Source: Octopus sinensis (Eukaryota). From it: DNA of 64,000 nucleotides. Location: NCBI RefSeq assembly GCF_006345805.1, contig NC_043006.1, positions 33,480,001 to 33,544,000 of the forward strand, written 5' to 3'. The notes under the pieces are model-generated. The model did no database searches. It was not told where the DNA came from and saw only the letters and a program-made list of their open reading frames with translations. This document shows positions 50,121 through 62,850 of this stretch, piece after piece. The position numbers were made by a program, and so were the translations under genes. How positions within the stretch are numbered: the first letter of the stretch is position 1; each line of letters begins with the position of its first letter.

Positions 50121-52552
50121 GATTATATGGACATTGATCTCGTTACTCTGCTGTTATTTATTTACTAAATGGATAAATCTGAATTTGCAATCGAAATAAC
50201 TCGGGCAAGGTCGAATCAACAAAACCTTTTTCTTCCTTTCCTTTTTTTTTTTTAACGATATACAAATTTCATCAGAATACACTACTATAACCACAAGGGA
50301 ATCTCTACTCGATGGTTAAACCTGCTGGAAATAGCAACCGTGGCTCCCTCAATTCACATCATACGGTCTTAGAATAATAAATGCAGATCGAGCTAGGACT
50401 ATCACGGTCGATATCCTAAACAATGGCTTTATTCCAATGACAAAAAAAAAGAAAGAGAGAGAGAGAGAGAGAAGTGACACTTTAGTGGCAACGTTAGGTA
50501 TGTACAGAAATTTGCGTGAAATTTAGTGGAGAAACTAGATAAGTGAATGAATGCATCATTGAAATCACTACAAAGCCCTCCATAAAAATGTGAAGGTCAA
50601 CATTTGTTTCGGACATTTGAAATTGACTAAAAAAATTTAGATTATTTCACACACCTTGAAAACTGGTGTAATTTTTCGGGGTGGAATTCTCATTGACCCA
50701 ACATGACACAGAAGTCATGTTATATAGTAGTTTAGTAGAAGTACTAGTAGTTGTCAGATTAAGGGTCCTAACATGCAAATCACGTAAAGCTATACTGTCT
50801 AAATGAGTAGTCCTCAACCGGGTTCCAGATAAGATTTTGTAGTTAAAATTGATCTGGAATAAATTGGTTATACTTCAACAATACACAAAATAATATTTAA
50901 TTATATATATATATATGTGTGTATATATCGAATGACTGAGGGTCCCCCAAGTAAAATAAAAATCGAAGGGGTTAACAGGGAAAAAATGGTTGAGAACAAC
51001 TGGTCCAAATACATCAAGTGAATCGTTCATGTGCGTCATCTGGCTCAAGAGCCAAGTCGTAAACGAGGACAAAACGGTCCTTCGTATGTTCAATTCAGCC
51101 AACCACAAAGATTCACAATTTATGTGTCTCTTAGTAAGCACGAAACATATTTGGCAAACGTTAATGGAGAAAAGTAGATTACAACAATATACGATGAAAT
51201 AGGCATAATGAAAGTATCGTTCACCATGACTTTTATGAAATTATTACTGTATTTACTAGGAAATAGTCGCAACCTTAATTCAGCGTTAAATCTTGGCACA
51301 ATTTCCTCCCTTCATTTTAGCTTTGCTCCGTGTAGAAGTCGCATCTCAGATTTTGTGACTCATACACGAGTAAAGACAATAATTCTTACACTAGGGCAGT
51401 AGATTGGCAGACTCATTAGAGCGCCAGACAAGATGCTTCGCGATATTTGTTCCGGTTCTTTACGTTCTCAGTTCAAATCCCAGTGAGGTCAACTTTGTAT
51501 CAACTCCGCCCCCCCCCCCCTAAAATACTGGTCATGTGCCTATATTAGAAACAATAATTAATTCATACAGTAGTGAATTTTAATCCTAGTTAGGCGTAAA
51601 ACCAACCAGATTTAAACGACAGGTCATGCATGTGGTCGAAAACATCAAAACTGGTTATGATGACAGATCCAATTGCATAGTACTAGATCGAATGTTAGAA
51701 ACACTGATGAACGTATCCAATTCAACTTGATCATCCGCCCGAAGGTCAAATTCGTAAAGCACTTATTTCCTTCCTTTTTTTCTTTTGTCTGTTCTTTCGT
51801 ATGTATGTATGTATAAGAGAAATCGGTGAGCTGAACCGATTAAGTGTAACCAGCTTTATTTCAAAAACCTAGAACAAGCAAGAATTCTAAATGATCAACA
51901 GTCATCATTGGTCCTTCTTCCAGCTCAAATTCTAAATATTCCGAAAAATCAATTCAATGAGGAACGCTAAGAAGCCCCTTTCAATGAAATGACATTTAGA
52001 TAGCCATCAAGGAGTAGGTGTGCTGGTCAACAAATCAGGAATAAAGAAATATTTTTAAATTTTGAAAAATGATTTGCTTCTTATGCAAGGTATTTCATTT
52101 CTATTTGCAGAAGTTTTAAAAGATGCTCGTGAATTTAAAAGAAAAAAAAGGCCGATAACACATTTTAGCTTGTGTAGAGTTTTAGGGTAATTGAATGATA
52201 ATATAGAAGTTAGGTCGCTGTAGAGCTACTAGTAACATGTAACCCAGTACAACCTGTTGCATGGTCGGGTCACTGGCAACACCATCAAGCCCGCTTGGCG
52301 AGAAGGGTGATTTTGGACACCTTGCGGGATGAAAAACAAAGACCCGTCAAAGGTTCGGAGGAACCTAGGCGAGTTGACGGTCATTCATTATAGTCAAGAG
52401 ATGTCGGTGCTCATCGGTCTTAGTAAAGACAATCCATCGAAGAGAAAGAAATTGAATTAAAAATCGTCCAATGATGACTGGCAATCAGCTAATACTATTT
52501 TGTACAGAAAAAAATTATAGTACGAAGATTTTAAAGTTTCGTGTACGGTCGA

Positions 52553-52594
<42 letters not shown>

Positions 52595-52597
<3 letters not shown>

Positions 52598-52941
52598 GTA
52601 ACAGAAAAGAGGAATTTCGGTTGTCCCAACGTGGTGGATTGTAATGTATATAAGAAAAATAAAAACGGAAAATGTGCACACTTACATGGTTATAGTATAA
52701 TTTTTAATGTATCGACCGGTTTCGAATCTCATTATAAACAACATGGACCCATTTCCTTCTTAAGAAAAAATCTATTTTCATATAAATTAAACATTGTATC
52801 ATGAATAGCGATTGCGAAACCGGTCGATACATTAAAAATTATACTATAACCATGTAAGTGTGCGTATTTTCCGTTTTTATTTTTCTTATATACATTACAA
52901 TCCACCACGTTGGGACAACCGAAATTCCTCTTTTCTGTTAC

Positions 52942-52944
<3 letters not shown>
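52595..52944. mobile_element. 350-bp fold-back element with 130-bp inverted arms inside (TA)n (Penelope-like/retrozyme-type, inferred)
   Basis: 52595-52724 matches the reverse complement of 52815-52944 at 128/130 positions; 90-bp spacer; (TA)19 on each side. Confidence 0.8.
52795..52831 (+). ncRNA. Minimal type I hammerhead ribozyme variant with A3-U8 core (predicted)
   Basis: TGTATC | ATGAATA | GC-GATT-GC | GAAA | C-CG-G | TC | GATACA. Perfect 6-bp stem I, correct 7-nt core spacing, palindromic ACCGGT stem III and a GUC site after 52825. Confidence 0.6.
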
Positions 52945-52986
<42 letters not shown>

Positions 52987-52990
52987 ATTC

Positions 52991-53121
52991 GGGGGTGGTC
53001 ATGTTGCCAGTTTAGCCAATGAAAACACAAGCACTATATATTTGTTGTTCACGAAGCAAGTGAACACCAAATATATAGTGCGTGTGTTTTCAGTGGCTAA
53101 ATTGGCAACATGAGCATCCCC
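52991..53121. repeat. 131-bp palindrome (62-bp arms, 7-nt loop), MITE-like hairpin
   Basis: 52991-53052 versus the reverse complement of 53060-53121 shows 6 mismatches and no gaps. Confidence 0.9.
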
Positions 53122-54775
53122 CAAACACAACAATACCTGTTTCAACACACGGATTCACATCAAGAATCTTGCAAAACGAATATATAAACGTGTGTATGTA
53201 TATGTATATTATATATATATATATATATGCATGCAGTGTGTAACAATCAAGCATTTAATTTTCGCCAAAAATTCAGCTTTCTGAAGCGCCAATAAAGTAG
53301 CTTTTAAGTAGTTACTCAAGCAGCTAGAAACAGTAACTAATCTCCCTAAAACAACACTTCCATGGTCTTCAAAAATGGCTACAGTGAATTATGTCTTGCT
53401 TTCCCTGTACAGAGAAGAAAGATGAAATGGCAACGACTAGAATCAAAGGTTTCTTCGTCGAAGGCCGAACTGACACGAAACTCTTTCTACGATGAAAATA
53501 CAACGTTCATAAATAATATGAAGAGTACCTATCAAGAAGAAAGATGGGGGGGGGGAGAGAGAGAGAGAGAGAGAGAGAATGCGTGTGTGAATATACGAAA
53601 CTAAGCCTCTGGGTCATTAACTTCTGCCGATTGTTAAAAATATATATACTCATGTTTTGAGTCCTAATTACCTGTTTGGACCACAACATACGCACACGCT
53701 GGGTTTTAAAAGAATTAAGGCGCTTGTATCAAACCACCGACTGATCTCTTGTCCAATTATTTGGAAGGAAGTCAAGAATAATTGACTTCATGGAGAGTGA
53801 CAATCTTCTACAACAGTAAGGCCTTTAACAAATCACAACACCTAGCGTTGTAATTCGTGGAAAACTACTGCATTAGATTAAGTGTTTCAATGGCAAGTAG
53901 AACCCAAAGGAGTGATCGAAACCCACCAAAAGCCACAAGTGTTCCCCCACCCACTTATCAAGTCCACTTCATAATCTAAACTAACACCACTCATGTCTCT
54001 GTACAGAAAAATTTTAATATTTGCAAACGACTAATTAAAAAAACAACAACGAGTAAATGACCGGATAAAACTCCAATCTGATCTACTTGTAATACAGTAA
54101 GTGAAGGGTGGTGGTGCAGTTGAGGTTCAGCTACTCTGGAAAAGAGGAAGCTCAGACAAGCTCTTCTTCCAAGAGAATTTCTCATGGTATCTAACAATAG
54201 AAGTTTAGAAATATTATCTACAATTTCAGTTGGAGTGCCTATATCAAAATAAAGTGGCTATGGCTCCCAAAATAAGCTCTTAAATCCTGAGAACTTACAA
54301 TTCAAAAATGCAAATATGATCCTTTTGTGCGTGACCTCACCTGTTACTACCCTACACCAAAGAAAATATGAGAGTTGAAGCACCGCAGACTTTCCAAATG
54401 CCACCGTGAACTCAACATCGTTTGAGGAGAGAACATACCGTCACCGTGGTTCATACGATGTTAGCGTCACGTTTATAAATCACCAAATAGTGGGACTGAA
54501 TACCGCAGATTTCTAAAAATCCAGCTCGACGGACACAACTACATTTGTAACAGCAATTTTGTTCTCAAATGGCCTTGCTCTCTATTCAATACTGTCCTTA
54601 AACGAAACATGGATGTTTCTGCAACGTAAATTTCTTACTTGGAGTACTCCAAAAATGAGGCTTTAAAAACTTCAACATTAAATTAAACACGGTTTGCGCG
54701 AATACTGGTCGAAACCTATCTAACGTTATTATGTGTGCGTGAGTGAACACACACACACACACACTCATCTTTGGA

Positions 54776-55110
54776 CTTATTTGTTTCAGTCATTCGACTG
54801 CGGTTATGCTGAGATACCGAACCCTGTTTTTTTAATTTTTAAAAAATTTTTAATCCTGGTACTTATGCTGTCGGTCTCTTTTGCCGAACCACTAGTTAAT
54901 AGGGGCGTAAACAAATCAACTCTGGTTGTCAAGTGATAGAGAAGGACAAGCACAAAGACATATAGGCATATATATCGACGGGCTTCTTTCAGTTTCCGCC
55001 TACCAAATCCACTCGTAAGACACTTGCCAAAGGTGGCACGCAATGGAACTGAATCCGAAACCATGTGGTTTGGAAAATAAACGTCTTTACCACACAGCAA
55101 CGCCTGCGTC
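54776..55110 (-). mobile_element. tRNA-headed SINE, family A
   Basis: TTGTTTCAGTCATTCGACTGCGG..CTTTTGCCGAACC..GGGCTTCTTTCAGTTTCCGCCTACCAAATCCAC; partial plus-strand copy at about 55636-55840. Confidence 0.85.
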
Positions 55111-58100
55111 ACACACACAGTCTTCAGCACGACTATTCATATGTACGCACATATATGCGCACGCAGACACACTCAGCAATAAATGTGTCACTTCACTCCT
55201 ACCCCCCCCCCCACACATACACATTCAAAATGCAAGTTTTGTATTAGCCGAGGGACTCCAGTCACTCAAGAGCCTAGAGTTTCGTGTCAATAATTATAAA
55301 GAAACACTCTAGGCCATTGAGTCACAGCAGCTACCAGGCCTATTCCGCTTAATGTATTTGAGTTATACTTCGCCTGTTTGTGAAACTACACGCACACATA
55401 GAGTTTACACAATTTTCTTTTTTATTGTGACTGCATTCATAATTTCTGACAATGACTTATCATTCAATTGTTGCTCATATTTCCCATATTTGTTGGCAAC
55501 ACTATAGTTTGTATGTTAATCTTCAGTTACGCGATCAGGGACGATACACGCGAAGCTCTGAGAAATAACAGTCACCTTGGTACTACTTTACACATATACA
55601 GATACGTGTGTGTGTGTGTGTGTGTGCGTGTTGCACCTTAGGCCGACCAAAGACTTGTGAGTGGATTTGGTAGACGGAAACTGAAAGAAACCCGTCGTGT
55701 GTGTATGTGTCTTTGTACATGTGTTCCCACAACCACTTGACAACCGGTGTTGGTGTGTTTAAAAATAAGTACAGTGATCGATGCACTCGACTAAAAAAAT
55801 CTATAAGGCGGTTCTCCAGCATGGGCTCAGTCTAATGACACATATACACATACATACACACACGGCACACCTATATATGTATACCTCTCTCACGCGAGAG
55901 AGAAAATTTTTGCATGTACATACGTGCATATATAACTGTACTAAACTCTATATGCTATATAGTTAAATACACCGGTTATACGATTCATCTGCAAAAGACA
56001 CAATTTAGCAAACTGTCTCCAGCTACCAAATTCCGTTCTTGAGGAATGAAATGGTATAATGTATGTCTAAGAGAAAGAAACAAAATAAGATTCGGCGAAT
56101 CAAACGAAATATAGTCATAAGGTCAAATATATATATTTACAACATTTGTTTATTTATGGGAAATAAATTTGATGGAAAATATGTAAATTTCCATAATCCG
56201 AATAAATGGATATAAACAGATTATCCACGAAAACAATGTAAGTGGTTAGCAGCGGGAGACAATAACAAGCTAAACACTTTTTACTCGAGAATTGCATAAA
56301 TTAACCTAGAAAAGCGCCAAAGAGAGACCAGAGTAAGGAAACACATGGCTTGTGCTGATTATAAACCGCGGGAGACGACCGCATGGCATAAGTATTATAT
56401 ACTGTTTTGAAGGGATGGTAGTAGTAAATATAGAGTAAACATTAGGAGGAAGAAAGCAAGAGGTAGATAGGGTGCATATTTAAGTATGTTGTCGGAAGAA
56501 ATAGTACCAGTCAAGGTTGCAAAGCAAAATTAAGTCCGCTTGTTTTTCTTTATATCTTTTATTGAAAAATCAATGGTAAAATTAGTGCTTAATTTAGATA
56601 GTTGAATAGTGACCGTATATTCCAAAAGAGAGCATTATCTAAGATCTAAACATTTAGTTTACTTTCAATCTTGCTAAATATGCACTCGTTCATATGAAAT
56701 ATTTTAATTCTACAAAAAATAAATAAATAAATAAATAAAAATTTTTAAAAACCCTTAAAAATGGGATTACAGTTTTCAAAAATATTACGTATCAACAAAC
56801 TTACAATATAATCTTCTTCACAGACTGAGAATGCCTCGAAAATGCAAGTAACATATTCTAATAATTTACTGCCTAAAAATTACGCTAAGAAGAAGCGCTC
56901 GTCGAATTCGGTCATTCACCTTTATTATGGTAGAGATAGATGACAGTGATGTAAACGACAATAGGTCGAACCTGGCAACCTTTTATGCGCGGTATTTGGG
57001 AAATGTGGTGCAATGCTAAGTTTCGACGAATTGATTTTGTGGCAGTCATAAATCCCAATTTGAAACCATTTCTGTAATTAATGCACTTTGGAGATGTGTA
57101 AATGTCATCACTTCTTATCTTTTATAAGCCTAATGAAAAAAAAAGTGATTAAATGTTTTACAGTATTTTATTTACTACGTGTATGTGTGAAAACTGAATC
57201 ATTCCACTTCAATAAACAATCGAAGACTTGACAAGTAAATCAAAGAGACCAAAACTTAATATAAAGGTGTTGCCAGTTATCATGAATCACTCTTCGCTAG
57301 ATGTGTGTGTTTTATGTCCAATAGAATATAGATCAAAGATGCGAATAATCTCTCCAAAGCAAGTTGATAATGCTAACCAGGCAAATGGCTTTAAAAATAG
57401 CCTAGATATAAGCATTAGCGAAACATTAAATAATATATCTCTTCTTCTGATGCTAGCTGAAGTCAATATTCACATAGTAATAACTGACAAAATTAGGCAT
57501 TGATTTATTTTTCAAGGCCAATTTTGTTTTTAAAGAAGGATAGTATTACATTGCTTCAGAACTTATTTTATCGATCCCAGAAATGTGGAATGCTAACTTA
57601 AAACTGATTTGAAACGATGAACAAATTTGAAAGAGGCTGTCGTTGAATGGAGCCCAGTGTCAGACAACTATTTCATTCAATCTGCTTGAATGAAAAGGTA
57701 CATCCAATATAGACAAGAACAGAAATCGGAATTGAACAGTATTAAATTAGACACTGCTTAGCAATTTAGATACAAATGCTGCAAATTTATTGAAGGTGGT
57801 ATTATGCGGCGTTCAATCCTTTCTGAACTCTACCGTTCTTAAAAGAAATCGGCTCGCCTACAGCGCTTCAAAACCATTTGTTAGTAAAGTATTGTAAATT
57901 CTACGCTCGTATTTCGTCGAGAAAAGAATTTCCTAAAGTTCCGGATTGAGCTCTTCGTCGGAGAGAGCATTTCAAACTTCGACAGGTGAAAGACAACAAA
58001 CTTTCTCCTTCCTCTATTTGGTGGAGAGACATCAGGAAATTCTTCCCTCAACTGTACACGGACTTAAAAAAAAAAAAGAAACAACTTTATACTTCATCAG

Positions 58101-59395
58101 AAAACCTGTTAATTTGTTGCTTTGGAACAGGTCAAAGTTTTGTAGGGAAAAAGGTACATTCAACTGATTTGACACCAATATAGTACTGCTGTTTATTTAA
58201 ACAACTCTTAAAGAGATCATGTACGAGGACGCTAGGCCTACTGGAAACAGCAACCAAACTTCAAATAACACCCTACAGTATCGTCAAGAGAAGAAATTAG
58301 ATAATGTGGTCCTGGATGTACTCTGACTGAATAAAAGATATAATAGTCGCGGTTAGAGTATCTTACATCATAAGGTATGCTGGGCTAACTTGAGTCTAAA
58401 CAACAACCTTGAAGAACTGACAACGGCGTGATTTGAACTCAGAGGAACGAAAAAAAAATATATATAACCATTTGCTTAGAATCCGAGCATCAGAGAAAAT
58501 ACCTTGCTGTATTTCTTCCGGCTCTTACATTCTGAGTTCAAATCTTACTAAAGTCAACTTGGTTTTTCATCCATCCTTCGATAAAATAAAGTAACAGTCA
58601 AATACGGGTTTTGATTGAACCACCTAATCACTTCCCCTAAATTTGTGATCATGTGTGTCTGTTAGAAACAATAATTATAGTAAAACGTATTTGCAGAACT
58701 GGGGCTACAACTTAGGTGTCTCTTTGCGAGGAATTATTTTTCAAAAAGGCGACGGTTTTGATTTACTCATTTATATTTTTAGCCAAATTTATAGGAAAAA
58801 TTACATTTTGAAAATATCTTCTTCACGAGTTGAATTCAATGTGCCCTTCAACAAATAAAAACTGCACAAAAAAACCCACAAAACCAGAAAAATGTAAATG
58901 AAAAGACGAACATTGATATTAGCACAAAAAAATGATTATCTGGTGTTTCTCATAAGAGATTTATTCGAAGATTTGCGCAAAATAATAACAAGGGAAACAA
59001 TGGCACACAGCTTTCCACATGCACGTTCGCTATTATTGTATCAAACAAGGAAATTCTGACAAAAGCAGGTTCGTACTGAAGACACAAATCTGACAGAACT
59101 GTTATGCTTGTGATCTCAAGAATCACTTGAGAGCTTTTCGTCTCGAACAGTTAAAAAGAAAGAAAAAAGAAGAGTCGTGCTTCAGGACCTAGCCAGGAAG
59201 CTAAGAGGTCCATTTCTCCAACATGTCCAGTTTTCCCTCACTGTTACAACGTTGTCAGTAAGCAGACACAACAGAAATGTGCACATAGCATATTTTAAAC
59301 CTATTTCCACTTTAATTGTATAACATCTTTCACCCACCATATAGTCTTTATATAACTTGGCTGTTCCACCCTCAGCGTATTTCTAAACCCTCTAT

Positions 59396-59648
59396 TCAAC
59401 GTTCATTGTCATCCACTGAGTAAAGGACTGAGCATATGTGAGTAATTATGCGCTGAGACTGCGGCATCTCCAGCAATTCCTTGAACAGGAACTGTCGTTG
59501 TTTGTCAGATATGTTTTTCCTCAGCTCGTTTCTTTGATAGAGCTGCAGTCCTGCATCTTGAAAAACCGAGACAAGACACTTGGCATCTAGAATGTTGTCA
59601 AAGCTCACAACACCATCAATCAGTCGGTGAAGGTACGACGTTGGTGTT
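59396..59648 (-). CDS. Terminal coding exon of an unidentified gene (83 aa, possible CARD/death-fold-like helical domain)
   Basis: Acceptor TACTCCTCTTTAATCCTTTACAG|, phase 2, open frame TPTSYLHRLIDGVVSFDNILDAKCLVSVF...SVDDNER* to TGA at 59398-59396. Confidence 0.55.
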
Positions 59649-59759
59649 CTGTAAAGGATTAAAGAGGAGTAATAGCGACAACGTTTTCAGGTTAATTGTG
59701 GGCATCAATAAAAATCAACTAGTGGGTCTGTTTCGAAGGACTTTCGGGCTCGGGCTCAC

Positions 59760-59884
59760 GAATAATTTTGAGAAATTTCTGACTTCGGCAATGCCACAGA
59801 GGGACATTGTGGCGTTGTCAAGGCCAGAGATTTATCACCGGTTCGAGATAAACTCTGTAGGTGCAGAAGTGCTGTCAGCCGGAC
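59760..59884 (-). CDS. Penultimate coding exon (125 nt) of the same gene; S/T/P-rich linker
   Basis: Acceptor TTTTATTTAG| and donor TTC|GTGAGC. Only one frame is open (VRLTALLHLQSLSRTGDK...SQNY); it ends in phase 2, matching the next exon across a 111-nt GT-AG intron. Confidence 0.55.
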
Positions 59885-61651
59885 CTAAATAAAATGCATG
59901 CTGAGCAACGAAAAGTTTCTGTATGCACTCGTCCAATGTCTGAGCATTGCCGACTTGTGAGGTTATATATATCGAAAAACTGCTGTCACATGTGGAAGGG
60001 GTCCTACTAGAGTTGAGTCTATGGTGAAGATCGTCTTTTCACCCTTTTTTTTTGGCCGAGAGGAACAGGCAGTATTCATCTAACTGGGGACTTTGGTGGA
60101 AGAGGTTGTGTGAAAGGTTTGGAGGTAGACACCTTTTTCTTTGGCTAAGCCATTGCCAACTAGAAAAAGAAAGTGAGTGGAGAGGGAAGTGATGCCTCTC
60201 AGTAAATTTATTGAAAGATGGACGAGAGTGACGAGCACGGGTCTGTTCTGAGAATGCACCAGTAAATTGGAAGACAACAAAAAGAGGGCACTAGTAATCA
60301 GGGTGGTCATTGTTTTGTAGGGCTTCCACGAGCAGCCCACAGAATTACTTCCGCCCTTCTGGAGAATTATTCTCTGAATTTTTGTTTCTGTTATTTTCTT
60401 TTTCACTCGCTTCTTCACGTAATCCTACTCTGTGTCGTGTGTACCGTCCTCAATGCTTGTATCAAACCTTAGTGGTTGATGAGATTATTATCATCATTAT
60501 TATTAAAGTACGAATTATAATGACTATTGCATAATGAATATACAATGAAACAACTGACTGTTATAAAAAAGGTAATGGGCGTTCTTCAGAAGATGGGTGT
60601 GTGGGGGTAAAACAGGTTTCAATACGAACATTAAAATAAATAATTGTATTACAGCTAAGACAGTTTTTTTGATAGTCGATGTTTTATTTGCGGCTAATTA
60701 TATTTTTCATTCATGCTTTGCTTACTCTCAAAGTAATTATTACGATGGCTTCCGAACAGCATTCATTCATTTGATGCATCAGAGCAACGAAACTCTGCTA
60801 ACATTATCACTAATTTACGCCCTGCAAGACTGATGATAACGCAAATGTGGATGATGAGCTTTTTAATGAATAAAGATCCTCATGCAAGCGCACACGTACA
60901 CATACAGACACTCGGTTGTTTTCCCTACAGGCGACGTCTGTCGTTTGAATGTCAAGATGGTGTACTAGATCATTGCAAGTTGCCAAGTTCACTCTTTCAT
61001 AATCGCATCAGCAGCTGCAACAGCTGCAATCGTACTTTGCTTCAAGTTCTTTGTTTACACCCTACCCATCGCCTACACCAGCTCCACTCACTTTCTAACA
61101 TTATATAATTTCTTCACATGTCATCTCTTGAATTATTGTGAAGAGTCCAAACAAATACATAAACATGTAGCAGAAACTCGATCAAAGTGAAATAGTTGTT
61201 TCAAAGATAAGTCCGAGGTCTGTGGAGATTTGTCTATTAAATCGATCCACGTACCTGACTGGTACTTTATTTTATCAGTCCCTGAAGAACGATGTGATCC
61301 TAGGCCGGCTTGATCAACACAAGTGTTAACGAACAACACAACACAAACGTCGGGATCAAAAAAGCACGGAAGAAGTAGTGTAGTCGATTGAGTATACAAC
61401 AATATGACATACCTGACATCGAACTTAGGTATTCAATGAGAAATTCTCTACACAGAATTCTCTAGACTGTCAGCTGACCAACTGGAAATAGTGATCAAAT
61501 CTCAAGTCATATTCTAGCCTTGATTACGAAAAGGACACATCGGATATACTTGTAAACACACACAAGACGAGGTCGTCGTGGTTGGAATATTTTTGATCAT
61601 TGGTCTGGCTAACTGACATTGGCTTGAAGTTGACAGGCCAGAGAAAATATA

Positions 61652-61867
61652 TATTTCAAATTTTGGTACAAGGCCAGTAAGTTCGTGAAAGGGGATAAGT
61701 CGATTGCATCGATCCCAGTTCTCAACTGGTACTTACTTTATCGACTCCCAGTGGACGAAAGGCAAAGTCGACCTTGGTGGAATTAGAACTCACAACGTGA
61801 AGACGGACGAAATGCCATAAAGTATTTTGCTCGGCGTACCAATGGTTCTACCAGCTTGTCGCCTTAC
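61652..61867 (-). mobile_element. SINE, family B (CpG-intact copy)
   Basis: TTTCAAATTTTGGTACAAGGCCAG..AAGTCGATTGCATCGATCCCAG..GAAAGGCAAAGTCGACCT. Confidence 0.8.
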
Positions 61868-62552
61868 AGAGAAAGTAAATTCTGAAACACATTTTGACTA
61901 AAAATTGATTAGCCCCACCCCCAAAATGATTAGACAGGGGAATGATTAAGTGCTTCAAGAAACAAGAGTTTGGGGTAAATTTGGTTGCTATTTCTAACAG
62001 TTCGGTCGACTGCGTAGAGTTTGCTTGTTGGCTTGCCTTGGTTTTAGTTATTCCTTTTGCTGTATGAAGAAATAATGAGGTTTGGAATTTTGGATTTCAG
62101 CCAGCATTTTCAACTCTAGTGGTCTGACAATAGTTTAGCGAGTAAAGCTAAGTGTTCAATGTGTTTAGCACTAAATCCTATATTCACTGGTAAGTATATA
62201 CGAAGAAGAAGCCAACTGCAAAAAACGCACCATGTTTCTAGAATAGATTTATATATAAACAAAAGACGAATTAGTTGAACGGATAAAATACCAAGTTTTC
62301 GGTTTATGGTTCGGCAATTTAAAATCTAATTCAGGTATATTTCACTCCCAAGATCATGATTCGCTAAGTTAGTAGAAAATGGTGTTGAGATTTGTCGCGT
62401 CCACTTCTCAGAAACTCTGTAAAAAGGATAAAAGTAATATCCTTCCTACAGCAAGTCTAGTTGAGCATTGGCCCCGTGGATCTTCGTGATAAGCAAAAGG
62501 ATTAACATTTCAGTTCACAGTACCCAAAACCATTTTTGACTTAACGACGCGC

Positions 62553-62850
62553 GCGCAGGTGGTAGTATAGTGGTATCTCTACTTATCACGCGAGAGCTCC
62601 GATTGGACTAAAGCCTTATGACTGGATTCGGTAGGCAGAAACAGAGTTCCCCACTACCGCTTGACAACCGGTATTGGGTTGTTTACGTCTCTGTAACTTA
62701 GTGGTTCGGCCCCAGAGACCGATAGAATAAGTACCAGGCTATATAAAAAAAAAAAACAAGTACTGGGGTCGATTTGTTCGCCTAAACCCTTCAAAGGTGG
62801 TACCCCAGCATGATCGTAGTCCAATGACTGAAACCAGCAAAAGATATACA
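62553..62850 (+). mobile_element. SINE family A body with a partial tRNA-like head
   Basis: TAGTATAGTGGT..TCACGCGAGAG tRNA-like 5' half, then CGCTTGACAACCG..GATAGAATAAGTACC..CCAGCATG..ATGACTGAAAC. Confidence 0.75.

Noticed and set aside
52706-52745. Hammerhead on the inverted (minus) arm
   Set aside because: The core reads AUAAUGA (A3/G8 mismatch, G5A) and stem I does not pair; this is the truncation junction of the inverted copy.
53362-53604. RRKMKWQR resembling homeodomain helix 3
   Set aside because: The invariant WF-N motif and helices 1-2 are absent, and the ORF runs into an (AG)n microsatellite.
59641-59892. Plus-strand 83-aa ORF
   Set aside because: It is antisense to the better-supported spliced minus-strand model and has no recognisable motif.
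60080-60418. Minus-strand ORF with signal-peptide-like MTTLITSALFLLSSNLLVHSQ as first exon of the 59.4-59.9 kb gene
   Set aside because: No convincing phase-0 GT donor joins it to the 59884 acceptor.
62553-62601. tRNA-Asp-like gene
   Set aside because: Only the 5' half resembles a tRNA. The anticodon stem is broken, the T-arm/B-box is missing, and it leads into a SINE body.
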